A stretch of 64,000 nt of DNA from a bacterium (lineage in GTDB: Bacteria > UBA8248). The translations under genes and the position numbers were made by a program. The notes below the pieces were generated by a model that ran no database searches, was not told where the DNA came from, and saw only the letters and a program-made list of their open reading frames with translations. The stretch is taken from positions 1,216,001-1,280,000 of the forward strand of contig CBDCRP010000002.1 in NCBI GenBank assembly GCA_965221165.1, in the 5' to 3' direction. How positions within the stretch are numbered: position 1 is the first letter of the stretch; every line of letters starts with the position of its first letter. This document shows, piece by piece, positions 38,253-48,481 of the stretch.

Positions 38253-38321
38253 AAGTCATATCCTCAACTCATGTGAGCCGCTTCTGCCATTGTCGCACTT
38301 CACGCGCCCCTGCGCCCCACC

Positions 38322-39197
38322 TCACTCGCCGAAGAAGTATTTCACCCCGAACATCAGGGAGAAGTGGTTCATGCCGGTGATTTCGGTGGTATTCGTAAGA
38401 TCGGGAACGGGGTGGAAGTCGTAGTCGCCTTTCGCCTCCATGTCGCCCACCATGGAGTAGGTGAGCTTCACGCCCACCAGCATCTTCTCGCTCACCCGGT
38501 AGTCGAGGCCCGCGTGCAGATGCGCGGAGAAGACGGTGTCGGAGAGGTCTTCGTTCTGGCGGCCGTTGTACTGTTCGGGCATGTCGCAATCCGCCGCAGG
38601 ATTCTTGCACGAATACCAGGCCTGGAAATACACGCCCGAGAGTTCGACGAAGGAAACGCCCACGCCTGCGCCCAGGTAGGGCGTGAAGCGGCTGCCCGTA
38701 AGCGGGAAGTCGTAGTAGGTGTTCAGCGAGAGGGTGCGCGTCGTCAGGTCATCGATAGTGGTGCTGGCCCTGCTCTGGTAGTTGCTCACCGGACGGCCCA
38801 TGATGCGCGAGCCGTCCAGATAGGTGATGTCGGTGAATTTCTGTTCGATGTCGTTTTTCCGCTGGGCCAGCGCCAACTCCATGCGAATGGAGCCGAAGGC
38901 GCGGCCGATGGAAATCTCGAACGCGGCGCCGTCATCCGCATCGAGGTCGTAATACCACCGGTAGCCATCGGGCGCGCCGCCGTCGAGGTGGCTGCAGTCG
39001 TCTTCGGGGTAGCAGATGTTGTCGCGGTTGTGGCCCGCCTGCTCGATACCCGAAGCTTTGTTGATCCCGACACCTAAGCCCACATACCAGCCGAAGGGCT
39101 TCGCCTCCTGGGCGGCGCTCGCTCCCGATGTGCTCAAGATTGCGCACAGCGCCAGCGCGACCGTGATGACACACAGTTTCTTTGGTGATGCTCGCAT
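38322..39197 (-). CDS. Outer-membrane beta-barrel protein (opacity/P44-like)
   Basis: Signal peptide, WYVG.G.G, N.YYDF, TPYLGAGVG, C-terminal GVKYFF. Confidence 0.8.
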   Translation of the reverse strand: MRASPKKLCVITVALALCAILSTSGASAAQEAKPFGWYVGLGVGINKASGIEQAGHNRDNICYPEDDCSHLDGGAPDGYRWYYDLDADDGAAFEISIGRAFGSIRMELALAQRKNDIEQKFTDITYLDGSRIMGRPVSNYQSRASTTIDDLTTRTLSLNTYYDFPLTGSRFTPYLGAGVGVSFVELSGVYFQAWYSCKNPAADCDMPEQYNGRQNEDLSDTVFSAHLHAGLDYRVSEKMLVGVKLTYSMVGDMEAKGDYDFHPVPDLTNTTEITGMNHFSLMFGVKYFFGE

Positions 39198-39306
39198 TTC
39201 GTCCTCTCCCGCTCGATTTTGGATGATTCGTGCAGAACCTCGTGATGAACGACTCCATAGCCCGGCGGCCATAGCGCGTCAAGAGCCGCTCCAAGCGCGA
39301 TGCGCT

Positions 39307-40170
39307 TTAAGCCGGGTTTTCCGTATGCCGCTCTATCTTCACCTCGGTGCCGAGCGCCGAGTCGCCGTTTCCCCGGAACACCCCCCGGCTCGGGGGCACG
39401 TCGGCATAATCGCGGCCCACCGCCACGCGGACGTGGCGCTCGCCTCCCTCGATGTCGTTGGTCGGGTCGAAGCCCGTCCACCCCACGCCCGGAAACCAGC
39501 ATTCCACCCAGGCGTGGCTTTCGCCGGCCGCCTCGCCTGCGGCTTCGGGCCCGAGATAGCCGGACACGTAGCGGCACGGAACCCCCCAGCCGCGCATGAT
39601 GGAGGCCATCACGTGCGCGTAGTCCTGACAAACGCCCCGCCCGGTCTCGAGAATGTCTTCGATGGGCGAGTCCACCCGGGTGTGGCCCGGAATATACTCG
39701 AAGACATCGTGGAGTTTGGCGCAAAGCGCGCGCGCGCTCACGAGGGGGTCGTCCCCCAATCCGATGTCGTGGGCCGCCATGAACTTCTCGAGCGCGGGGC
39801 TCGGCCGTACGAAGCGGCTCGGGTGCGTCATCGGCCAGAGCTCGGGGGTCTGGGCGGCGCGGCGAAGCGCCTCCGTAGCGCCGGGTTCGAGCCTTTCGGG
39901 AGCGGAGGCCAGCGGCCCCACCTCCACGCGCGAGTGCGCCCGCACCTCGAAGCCCGCATGCGGGCGGGGGCGATCCAGAAAGTGCGCGGTGTTGCCGAAC
40001 GGATCGGTGAACTCGAAGAGCCGTCCTTCGGGGTCGGTGCGCACCGAGAACTCGCGCAAGATCTGGGCGCGGTCGCGGAGCGGGCACAGGTAGAGCGTCA
40101 TCACCGAGCCTTGTACGGGTGATTCGTATTCGAAGCGCATCGTGTGCTCGACCGTGTAGCCAACTATCAC
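39307..40170 (-). CDS. Transglutaminase-like protein
   Basis: H...F.Y..PV N-domain; GVCQDYAH, RYVSGY, SHAWVE, FDPTN, GRDYADV. Confidence 0.92.
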   Translation of the reverse strand: MIVGYTVEHTMRFEYESPVQGSVMTLYLCPLRDRAQILREFSVRTDPEGRLFEFTDPFGNTAHFLDRPRPHAGFEVRAHSRVEVGPLASAPERLEPGATEALRRAAQTPELWPMTHPSRFVRPSPALEKFMAAHDIGLGDDPLVSARALCAKLHDVFEYIPGHTRVDSPIEDILETGRGVCQDYAHVMASIMRGWGVPCRYVSGYLGPEAAGEAAGESHAWVECWFPGVGWTGFDPTNDIEGGERHVRVAVGRDYADVPPSRGVFRGNGDSALGTEVKIERHTENPA

Positions 40171-41141
40171 GCCGGAATCTCCTCGGCCAGGGAGCGGTTA
40201 ACGTAGGCGGCCATCGCCAGGTCGTGGAGTTCGCGGACGTCGCCCCCTATCGCGCGGAAGAACGCGCCCGCATCCACTTCGCCGGAGCCCGCCGCATCCA
40301 TTTCGATGGCTGCCGTGAGTCGAAGGGCCATTCGGTGCGGCGGCGAGAGAGGATAGCGTGCGCCCAGCGGATCGACCCCGATGAGCATCTCCTCGATCCG
40401 CTGAAGCGAGAAGCGAAGCGAACGGGGAAGCTCAGGGTTTCTGGCGAGAAACCCGAGCACTTCCGCCCGTAAAACCTTCATCGAATGGCGGCGGCAATAG
40501 ACTTCGTACGCACCGCACACGTGCAGCAGGTCCGTCCACGAAAGAGGAACGGCCCCCCGCTTCGCGCGTGTGAATTCGACCCACGCTTCAAGGAGCGCGG
40601 CCTGGTGCTGCGCCCGCTCGATGAACCGGCCGAGTTCCAGAAAGCGCCATGCGTCGTCGCGCGGCATCATCGCGTGCACCACGCCCGCGAACAGCCGCAT
40701 GCGGTCGATGATCTCACGCGCCACCTGCGCCGGCGCCTGCGCCCACTCCCTGGCAAAATCCACCTCGCGCATCCAGAGATAGCCCTGGTTCAAGCGCGTC
40801 CATATCGAAAGCGGAAGCTGCGCCCGCACGCGCTGGGCGTTTTCGCGCCCCAATCGCCAGCACGAGAGGATGGAGTCGGGGTTCGCGCTCTCCTCCACGA
40901 GGTTGCCGGCGAGCGTGTAGGCGTCGGGAATGAGGAAGTCCTCGGCGTCGTCGGGATTCGTCGTCGCGCCGGGCGGGGCCTGGCCCAGCGCCCTGTATAT
41001 CGCCCCCCACCCGACGGCCAGTTCATCGGCGGGCCGGTCGACGAGCCGGGTGAGTTGATATTCGAGAAGACGCGCCGTCTGCTCGACGCGCTCGACGTAG
41101 CGGCCCAGCCAGTAGAAATCGGCGGCGACCCGTGCCAGCAT
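40167..41141 (-). CDS. Alpha-E domain protein
   Basis: ML.RVA...YWLGRY.ER and a second LGRFIERA ER motif; PRSL. Confidence 0.92.
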   Translation of the reverse strand: MLARVAADFYWLGRYVERVEQTARLLEYQLTRLVDRPADELAVGWGAIYRALGQAPPGATTNPDDAEDFLIPDAYTLAGNLVEESANPDSILSCWRLGRENAQRVRAQLPLSIWTRLNQGYLWMREVDFAREWAQAPAQVAREIIDRMRLFAGVVHAMMPRDDAWRFLELGRFIERAQHQAALLEAWVEFTRAKRGAVPLSWTDLLHVCGAYEVYCRRHSMKVLRAEVLGFLARNPELPRSLRFSLQRIEEMLIGVDPLGARYPLSPPHRMALRLTAAIEMDAAGSGEVDAGAFFRAIGGDVRELHDLAMAAYVNRSLAEEIPA

Positions 41142-41170
41142 GATTCCTCTCCTTCACGATTTCTTCATTC

Positions 41171-41258
41171 CGTAGGGGAGGCCCCGTGGCCGCCACTTGA
41201 GCTTCGTTCGTATTACCGTAGGGGCGGACACATGGTGAGAGGCGATCTGCCCCCTACG
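41171..41258. repeat. GTAG-type REP-like palindromes
   Basis: CGTAGGGG at 41171 and 41217; inverted CCCCTACG at 41251-41258. Confidence 0.6.
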
Positions 41259-42735
41259 ACGAATCCCCCATCACCCAGATGTCCTTACAACCCCCACCCT
41301 GGCTGGAGTTCACCACGAGGCTGCCGCGCCTGAGCGCGACGCGGCACAGCCCGCCCGGAACCACGTGCTGCTCCTCGCGTCCTTGCAGCACGAAGGGGCG
41401 CAAGTCCACGTGGCGCGGCTCGATGCTCCCCTCGACGAAGCAAGGCGAACGCGAGAGCGCAAGCGTGGGCTGGGCGATGAAATTCGCCGGGTCGGCGCGC
41501 AGCCGCGCGGCGTATTCCTCACGCTCCTGGGTAGAGGCGTGGGGGCCGATCAGCATCCCGTAGCCGCCCGAGCCGCCCACTTCCTTCACCACCAGTTCAT
41601 GGAGATGATCCAGCGTGTAGGCCAGTCCCTCGGGTTCGCGGCAAAGGTGCGTCTCGACGTTGGCGAGTATCGGCTCCTCACCCAGGAAATAGCGGATGAT
41701 TCGCGGCACGTAGGCATAGATGCTCTTATCGTCCGCCACGCCGGTGCCCGGCGCGTTGGCGAGCACGAGGTTGCCCGCGCGATAGGCGTGGAAAAGCCCC
41801 GCCGTGCCTAGGAACGAGTCGCCCCGGAACGTCACCGGGTCGAGAAAATCATCGTCCACGCGGCGGTAGAGCACGTCGATGCGGCGAAGCCCCGCCGTGG
41901 TGCGCGAGTAGAGGGCCGCGTCGCGCACGATCAGATCCTGGCCCTCGACGAGGTCGACGCTCATCTCGCCTGCGAGAAAGGCGTGCTCATAATATGCGGA
42001 GTTGTAGATGCCCGGCGTGAGAACGGCCACGTTCCGCTCCCTCGACGAGTGGCCCAGCGAGACGAGCGTGGAGTAGAGATGCTCGGCGTAATCGGCCACC
42101 TCGCGCACCCGGTGCTCGCGGTATAGCCTCGGCAGCACGTCCTTGATGGCGTTTCGGCAGGCGAGCATATAGGAAACGCCCGAGGGGACGCGCAGGTTGT
42201 CCTCTAAAACGGAGAACCCCTCGTGGGTGCGAACGATATCGGTTCCGCACACGGCGACGTAGACGTCGTGCGGCACCTTGAGGCCACGCATCTCCATGCG
42301 GTATTGCGGACAGCCGAGTACGACGTCGACGGGCACGATCCCCTCGCGCAGGCACCGGCCCTCGTGGTAGACGTCTTTTAAGAACAGGTTGAGCGCGGCG
42401 AGGCGCTGCTTGAGGCCGCGTTCGACGTGGTCCCACTCCGCCGCCGACAGCAGGCGCGGCACGCAGTCTATCGGGATGATCCGCTCGGTGGCTTCCTCGG
42501 CGTCCAGGACCGTGAAGGTGATGCCCTCGTACAAAAAGCGGCGGTAGACGCCCTCCTGGAGTTTTTCCAGATCCTCTCTCGCGAGCCCTGAGAGCGCGGT
42601 ATTCAGCCGTCCACACGACTCGCGCGGAGTACCCCCTGAGTCGAACATCTCGTCATAAAAGCGGGAATCCAGGTCGTATCCCGCGAAAGGCCCCTCACCC
42701 TTCACCGAGGCGGGCGGCTTGGCCTCCGTGTTCAT
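41254..42735 (-). CDS. Circularly permuted ATP-grasp type 2 protein
   Basis: YDEM, VLEDN.R.PSGVSY, NSAYYEH.FLA, YRRVDD.FLDP, NA.GTGVADDK, VVNSSQGGG.KD. Confidence 0.92.
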   Translation of the reverse strand: MNTEAKPPASVKGEGPFAGYDLDSRFYDEMFDSGGTPRESCGRLNTALSGLAREDLEKLQEGVYRRFLYEGITFTVLDAEEATERIIPIDCVPRLLSAAEWDHVERGLKQRLAALNLFLKDVYHEGRCLREGIVPVDVVLGCPQYRMEMRGLKVPHDVYVAVCGTDIVRTHEGFSVLEDNLRVPSGVSYMLACRNAIKDVLPRLYREHRVREVADYAEHLYSTLVSLGHSSRERNVAVLTPGIYNSAYYEHAFLAGEMSVDLVEGQDLIVRDAALYSRTTAGLRRIDVLYRRVDDDFLDPVTFRGDSFLGTAGLFHAYRAGNLVLANAPGTGVADDKSIYAYVPRIIRYFLGEEPILANVETHLCREPEGLAYTLDHLHELVVKEVGGSGGYGMLIGPHASTQEREEYAARLRADPANFIAQPTLALSRSPCFVEGSIEPRHVDLRPFVLQGREEQHVVPGGLCRVALRRGSLVVNSSQGGGCKDIWVMGDSS

Positions 42736-42803
42736 TGGTCGGCACCCCCTATTCCACTCAGTCTCCATTCCTTCTTCTTGAGTGGGAATTGATCCTTCCT
42801 CCG

Positions 42804-42877
42804 TCGCAATCCCTTCCTTCCCGGCCGGCAAACCCTCCCTCTTCGGTCGGCAATCCCTCCTTCCTCAGTCGAGATTG
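42804..42877 (+). repeat. Degenerate ~22-bp tandem repeat ending in a 13-nt-loop hairpin
   Basis: Units resemble CGGCAAACCCTCC(C/T)T...GT at 49289-49376. Confidence 0.6.
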
Positions 42878-43289
42878 ACTCCATAAGGTATCGAGTGCGT
42901 GTGGGTTTTGAATCGTGGGTAGATTAACTTTGTTTCAAACGCCGTTCAAGTTTTAAGTGCGCGCGCATCACCTCACCCATCGACCGGTAATCCCGCTTTC
43001 CTCAGGCGCAAACCCTCTCTTTTCTTTTCGTGACGAATAATTATCGATAATGAGTAAATTTACTTCTATATTTGCAATAAATTCGCCTAACCGAAGCGAA
43101 TTCACCTCGGCTGGACCAAGGGTCGGTAAGTTTGTGGTTGCGCTGGAATAGAGCTTGTCGTAGCATATTTCAGCATCGCGCAACACGTTGCCAATGGATC
43201 TGACAGGGTGGTTGGCCGCTGGTTTTCGGCCGGCTTACCGAACGCTCATGATGTGGGCATAAAACAACTCTCATAAAAAGGAGAACCGC

Positions 43290-44405
43290 ATGAAACGTCG
43301 TGACTTTATTGCCGGTACCGCGGCCGGGACCGCCGCTGCGGTCGTTGCGGGCAACGGGTTGGCCCGGGCCCAGAAGGCGCCCGCCATGATGAAGAAGCGC
43401 CTCGAGATCGCCATCGTCACCACCTGGCCGCGCGATTTTCCCGGACTCGGCACCGGGGCGCAGCGTTTCGCCAAACGGCTCCAGGACATGAGCGACGGCC
43501 GCATCAAGGTGAGCTACTTCGCCGCCGGCGAGCGCGTCGGCGCCTTCGACTCGTTCGACGAGGTGGCTTCAGGCAACGCGCAGGCCTATCATGCGGCCGA
43601 CTACTACTGGAAGGGCAAGCATCCGGGGTGGGCCTACTTCACCTCCGTGCCTTTCGGCCTCACCTACACCGAGTTGAACGCCTGGATCCGTTTCGGCGGA
43701 GGACAGCAGCTCTGGGACGAGCTGGCCGGGGAGTTCGGACTCAAGGGCCTCATGTGCGGCAACACGGGCGTGCAGATGGGCGGCTGGTTCCGCAAGGAGA
43801 TCAACAACCCCGACGACCTCAAGGGCCTCAAGATGCGCATTCCTGGCCTCGGCGGCGACGTCATGGCGAAGCTCGGCGCCTCGCCGGTGTCCCTGCCGGG
43901 CGGGCAGATCTACGAGAACCTCGTTTCGGGCGCCATCGACGCCACCGAATGGGTGGGGCCGTGGAACGACGAATTCATGAAGTTCTACGAGGCGGCCAAG
44001 TACTACTACTATCCGGGCATGCACGAGCCGGGCTCGATGCTGTCGTCGGGCTTCAACAAGAAGTTCTGGGATTCGCTGTCGAAGGCCGACCAGACGCTGA
44101 TCGAGGCCGCGGCCTCGATGGAGAACGACGTGATGATGGCCGAGTACAACGCCAAGAACGGCGCGGCGCTGGCGCGGCTCACGCGCGATCAGGGCGTCCA
44201 GGTGCGCAAGTTCAACGACGATATCTACGACGCGTTCGGGAAGGCGGCCGATGAAGTCTTCGCGGGGGTGGTGACCCACAGCAAACTCGCCAAGCGCATC
44301 CACGAAAGCTTTGCCAAGGCGCGTCGGGAAGTCGGCGGTTGGATGAGCATCGCCGACCAGGCGTTCGTGGCGCAGCGCAACCGTGTGCTGGGCGTTTCGA
44401 ACTAG
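43290..44405 (+). CDS. dctP: TRAP substrate-binding protein DctP (TakP-like), Tat signal
   Basis: KRRDFI; TTWP..FPG, YYW.GK, GNTG.QMGGWF, KMRIPGLG, IDATEWVGP.ND. Confidence 0.92.
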   Translation: MKRRDFIAGTAAGTAAAVVAGNGLARAQKAPAMMKKRLEIAIVTTWPRDFPGLGTGAQRFAKRLQDMSDGRIKVSYFAAGERVGAFDSFDEVASGNAQAYHAADYYWKGKHPGWAYFTSVPFGLTYTELNAWIRFGGGQQLWDELAGEFGLKGLMCGNTGVQMGGWFRKEINNPDDLKGLKMRIPGLGGDVMAKLGASPVSLPGGQIYENLVSGAIDATEWVGPWNDEFMKFYEAAKYYYYPGMHEPGSMLSSGFNKKFWDSLSKADQTLIEAAASMENDVMMAEYNAKNGAALARLTRDQGVQVRKFNDDIYDAFGKAADEVFAGVVTHSKLAKRIHESFAKARREVGGWMSIADQAFVAQRNRVLGVSN

Positions 44406-44447
44406 ACGTCCGGCGCATAGTGTGACAGGCCACTACGGTTTCCCACA

Positions 44448-45458
44448 GTGACGGAGGCTCGGTTGGAGGACGCGGGCGAAATACGGCCCGGCATCGCGGA
44501 CGCGCTCTATCGCGCGTTCGCGCTGTCGCTGGCCGCGACGACGTTCGTGTTCCTCTTCAACAACTATCTGGTCTTCTGGTACGGCTGGCCGGGCGTCGCG
44601 CGCATCTTCGGGGGGGCGCCGCCCGGCGGGACGGCTGCACTCCTGGCATGGCTTCAGCTCGCCGGCTACGTCCTCCCGGTCGTCGCCATCACCGTCATCG
44701 CGCTCAGGAACCGGGAGAGGCCGTTCACGTCGGACGCGGCGCTTCTCAAGTCCGTCACCACCTACATCATCGCTGTCGCCTTTTGGTCGACGTTCTTCAT
44801 CGGCATCGTCGACGGGGTCATATCCTTCCTGCGCGTGGAAGGGTTGCTGCCCGCGGTGTTCGGCAAGACGCTGGCCCAGCAATTGGGCGTCTCGAGTTTC
44901 CGCGGCCTCTACGTGCATCTCCCGCTGATGCTCGCGGCGGCGGTGCTGGCCTGTTTCAAGCGGGGGCTCGACTTCATCTGGCTTTCGCTGCTCGTGGTCG
45001 TCGCCGAGTTCCAGATCGTGATCGCGCGCTTCATCTTCTCCTATGAGCAGGCATTCATGGGCGATCTGGTGCGTTTCTGGTACGCCGCGCTGTTCCTGTT
45101 CGCCAGCGCCCATACCCTGGTCGCCGAAGGCCACGTCCGCGTGGACGTGCTGTACACGCATTTCAGCGAACGTCGCAAGGCCCTGGTCAACGCGTGGGGC
45201 TCCATATTGCTGGGCGTGCCGCTGTGCTGGACCATCCTTGCCGTCGGCATGGCGGGCAAGGCGTCCGTCATCAACAGCCCGCTGCTTTATTTCGAAACCT
45301 CCCAGAGCGGGTACGGTCTCTACGTCAAGTACCTGATGGCGGGATTTCTCGCCGTGTACGCCGTCTCCATGATGACGCAGTTTCTGGCGTACTACCTTGA
45401 CGCCATGGCGATTCTTCGCGGGCAGACCGCGAGCCACCCGACACCAGAGTCGTCCTGA
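44448..45458 (+). CDS. dctQ: TRAP small permease DctQ with an N-terminal membrane extension
   Basis: V..RF.F, LFL....TL..EGHVRVDVLY. Confidence 0.85.
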   Translation: MTEARLEDAGEIRPGIADALYRAFALSLAATTFVFLFNNYLVFWYGWPGVARIFGGAPPGGTAALLAWLQLAGYVLPVVAITVIALRNRERPFTSDAALLKSVTTYIIAVAFWSTFFIGIVDGVISFLRVEGLLPAVFGKTLAQQLGVSSFRGLYVHLPLMLAAAVLACFKRGLDFIWLSLLVVVAEFQIVIARFIFSYEQAFMGDLVRFWYAALFLFASAHTLVAEGHVRVDVLYTHFSERRKALVNAWGSILLGVPLCWTILAVGMAGKASVINSPLLYFETSQSGYGLYVKYLMAGFLAVYAVSMMTQFLAYYLDAMAILRGQTASHPTPESS

Positions 45459-45460
45459 CC

Positions 45461-48112
45461 GTGGAGCTTTTCTTTCTCGCACTGCTGATCCTGGCCATGG
45501 CCCTGGCGCTGGCGTCGGGTTACCCGGTGGCGTTCGCGCTGCCCGGCGCGGCCATCCTGACCATCGGTCTCGCGTCGCTCACCGGCTACATCTTCGCCGG
45601 GGACGCCAGCGCCTTCTTCGCGCAGGACGGCCCCGTTCAGTGGCTAACGGCCGGCGTCACCAATTTCCGGGGCGTCTACTGGGAGGTCGAGCGCGACACC
45701 ATCATCGCCGTACCGCTGTTCGTCTTTATGGGCATCATGCTACAGCGCTCGAAGATCGCCGAAGACCTGCTGGTGACCATGGCGCGCCTGTTCGGGCCGG
45801 TTCCGGGCGGTCTCGGCATCTCGGTGGTGCTGGTGGGGGCGCTGCTCGCCGCCACCACCGGCATACTCGGCGCCACCGTGGTGGCCATGGGCCTCATCTC
45901 GCTGCCGGCCATGCTGCGCAACGGCTACTCGCGCCGGCTCGCCACCGGGACCATTTGCGCGTCGGGCACGCTGGGGCAGATTATCCCGCCCTCCGTGGTG
46001 CTCATCATCCTGGCCGACCAGCTCTCGAACGCCACCGATCAGGCGGGCACGCTGCGACTGGTGGACTTCAAGGCCTCCACCGGTCAGTTCATCATGCCCA
46101 CGGAGTTCGGCGTCACCTCGGCCAGCGCAGGCGACATGTTCCTGGGCGCCATCGTGCCCGGCCTCGTGCTGGTGGGCCTCTACGTCATCTACATTCTCGC
46201 GGCCGCGCTCATCCGGCCCGGCAGCGCGCCGGCCATCCCCATCGAAGGACGCCTCGACCGCCAGTTCGCCGTCCGCGTGGTGTTGGCCCTGATTCCGCCC
46301 CTGGCGCTCATCCTAGCCGTGCTCGGCTCCATCATCGTGGGCATCGCCACGGTCAATCAGGCCGGCGCCATCGGCGCCGTCGGCGCCACCATCATGGCGG
46401 GGTACCGGTTGGCCGAAGGGCAACGCGGGTGCTACACGCCGGCCATTATCGCGGCCGTTTCACTGCTCGCACTCTTCATCCTCCTGATCACTTTCGACCT
46501 CAACATACGCACAATTCACGGCGCCTACGAGGCCATCGGCGTGACGCTTGCCGCCATCGCGGTACTCGGGCTGTTGGTCTCCGTGGCCTGGAGCGGCTGG
46601 CGCGCCTACCGCACCGAGCGGATGCTCGCGGGCGTCATGGTCGAGACCGCCAAGACCACGGCCATGGTCTTCATCATCCTCCTGGGCGCGGCCATGCTTA
46701 CCTCGGCCTTCCGGGGCTTCGGCGGCGAGGAGTTGGTGAAGGAGTTTCTCACCACCCTGCCCGGCGGTTTCTGGAGCCAGTTCATCGTCGTCATGGCGGT
46801 GATCTTCATCCTCGGGTTTTTCCTCGATTTCATCGAGATCGCGGTGGTGGTGGTGCCCATCGTGGCCCCCATCCTGCTCGCGGACCCCTCGGCCAACGTC
46901 ACCGCGGTCTGGCTCGGGGTGATGATAGGCGTCAACATGCAGACCTCCTTCCTGACGCCCCCGTTCGGTTTCGCGCTGTTCTATCTGCGCGGCGTCGCGC
47001 CGCCCGCCGTGCTGACGACGGACATCTACCGGGGCGTGGTCCCGTTCATCGCGCTGCAACTCGTGGCCCTGGGCATCGTCGGTTTCTATCCTCCCTTGGT
47101 GAACTACCTGCCGATGCGCACGTCGCTCACCGGAGAGACCGCGCCGCCTCCCCGAAACCCGCGCCTCCAGGCCTGCCTGGAGCAGTACCTGTTCGAGCGC
47201 TACGACCAAGACGGCGAGAAGATTCGCGCGAGCATACGAACCGCCCAAAAACTCGACACCAGCTATCTGCCGGTGAAAGTCCGCAAGCAACTGACCGGCG
47301 GCATGGAGAAGGCCGCCCGGACCTTCGATCTGGTTTCCGAAGTGCGCCGCGCGAGTGCGGAGCGAAACACGTACGGGGAGACCTACAAGGACGTACATAC
47401 CGTCATCCGACGGGTCAACGCGGACGAAAAGCGGATCGACCGCGAGATCCGCGAACTCCGCACCACCATCCGGCGCATGGGACGAGATGCGGACGAGGCG
47501 GCGGCGTTGCGCCACGAGATCGACGAGTTGACGAAGCGAAGGGTTCGCGTGGAGGCAAGACGTCCCGAAGGCGGGAAGGAAAAGCGCCGGCGTTACCTGT
47601 CTCTGGAAAAGAAGGAGACCGGCGCCCGCCGCGCCTACCGGCGCAATGTCGACGACGCCTACACCTCCGTGCGTTCGGTACTTGAGATGCTGGCGAAGGC
47701 GCCTGCCCTGGAGGAAGCCGGCGCAAAGCTCAAGGGGTTGCCGGAAATCCTGCAAACGCAGACGGCCCAAAAGGCGGGTTCCGCCATCCGCGACGCCGAG
47801 CGGGCGCTCCGGAGCGTTCCCGGAACCTATGATTTACGCTCCACCCTCTCCAGGGCGCGCTCAGACGCGAGGCGAGGCGCGTCCGGCCGGAAGCGCGCCG
47901 CGAAGCGCCTGAATGACGCGATCGCTCTCCTCGAGCGCGAGGTGGAGTGGCGAACTCGGGCCGCGCGGGAGCTGGACCCCGGCCTGGCCGCCTACGAGGC
48001 CGCACTGCGCGAAACCATCGGCATCCGGCAGTTGGAACGGCTGCCGACCCGGATCGCGAAACCCGTGGCGGCCTGCATGTCGCACCACCGCGACATCTCG
48101 TTGAGCTTCTAG
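45461..48112 (+). CDS. dctM: TRAP large permease DctM with a long helical C-terminal extension
   Basis: GYPVAF, AVPLFVFMG, GTLGQIIPPS, N.QTSFLTPPFG.ALFYL. Confidence 0.9.
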   Translation: MELFFLALLILAMALALASGYPVAFALPGAAILTIGLASLTGYIFAGDASAFFAQDGPVQWLTAGVTNFRGVYWEVERDTIIAVPLFVFMGIMLQRSKIAEDLLVTMARLFGPVPGGLGISVVLVGALLAATTGILGATVVAMGLISLPAMLRNGYSRRLATGTICASGTLGQIIPPSVVLIILADQLSNATDQAGTLRLVDFKASTGQFIMPTEFGVTSASAGDMFLGAIVPGLVLVGLYVIYILAAALIRPGSAPAIPIEGRLDRQFAVRVVLALIPPLALILAVLGSIIVGIATVNQAGAIGAVGATIMAGYRLAEGQRGCYTPAIIAAVSLLALFILLITFDLNIRTIHGAYEAIGVTLAAIAVLGLLVSVAWSGWRAYRTERMLAGVMVETAKTTAMVFIILLGAAMLTSAFRGFGGEELVKEFLTTLPGGFWSQFIVVMAVIFILGFFLDFIEIAVVVVPIVAPILLADPSANVTAVWLGVMIGVNMQTSFLTPPFGFALFYLRGVAPPAVLTTDIYRGVVPFIALQLVALGIVGFYPPLVNYLPMRTSLTGETAPPPRNPRLQACLEQYLFERYDQDGEKIRASIRTAQKLDTSYLPVKVRKQLTGGMEKAARTFDLVSEVRRASAERNTYGETYKDVHTVIRRVNADEKRIDREIRELRTTIRRMGRDADEAAALRHEIDELTKRRVRVEARRPEGGKEKRRRYLSLEKKETGARRAYRRNVDDAYTSVRSVLEMLAKAPALEEAGAKLKGLPEILQTQTAQKAGSAIRDAERALRSVPGTYDLRSTLSRARSDARRGASGRKRAAKRLNDAIALLEREVEWRTRAARELDPGLAAYEAALRETIGIRQLERLPTRIAKPVAACMSHHRDISLSF

Positions 48113-48481
48113 CAGCGCCATCCGTAAGCGTCCAACCGGCAGCCCGGCAATATCGGATCAACCAGTTGCAGACATGGCCGCACCTGAAAACGTTGGTGAT
48201 AAGCGCGTCAGGAAAGAATGAAAATAGGGCATCCAGTCGTATCATTGCCGGCACAATCTATTTTGATACCTGTTGTTCATCCCGTCTTCCATCGAGCGGG
48301 AATAACGGCGGGAGACGAAATGCGAAACCCTGGATTCCGCAAACCCTTCCACCCCGGTCGGGTTTGACACCGGAATGACGCCATTGTGGCTCATCCCCGA
48401 ACAGGGAGGCATTGCGGAAACCGGAACCGATGAACAAGAAGATATTGCGGTATATTTCCTGCCTCTTCCGTCAAGATCGAT

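Noticed and set aside
43144-43158. Sigma54-like TGGAAT-N5-TTGT upstream of dctP
   Set aside because: The conserved -12 GC is missing, so support is insufficient
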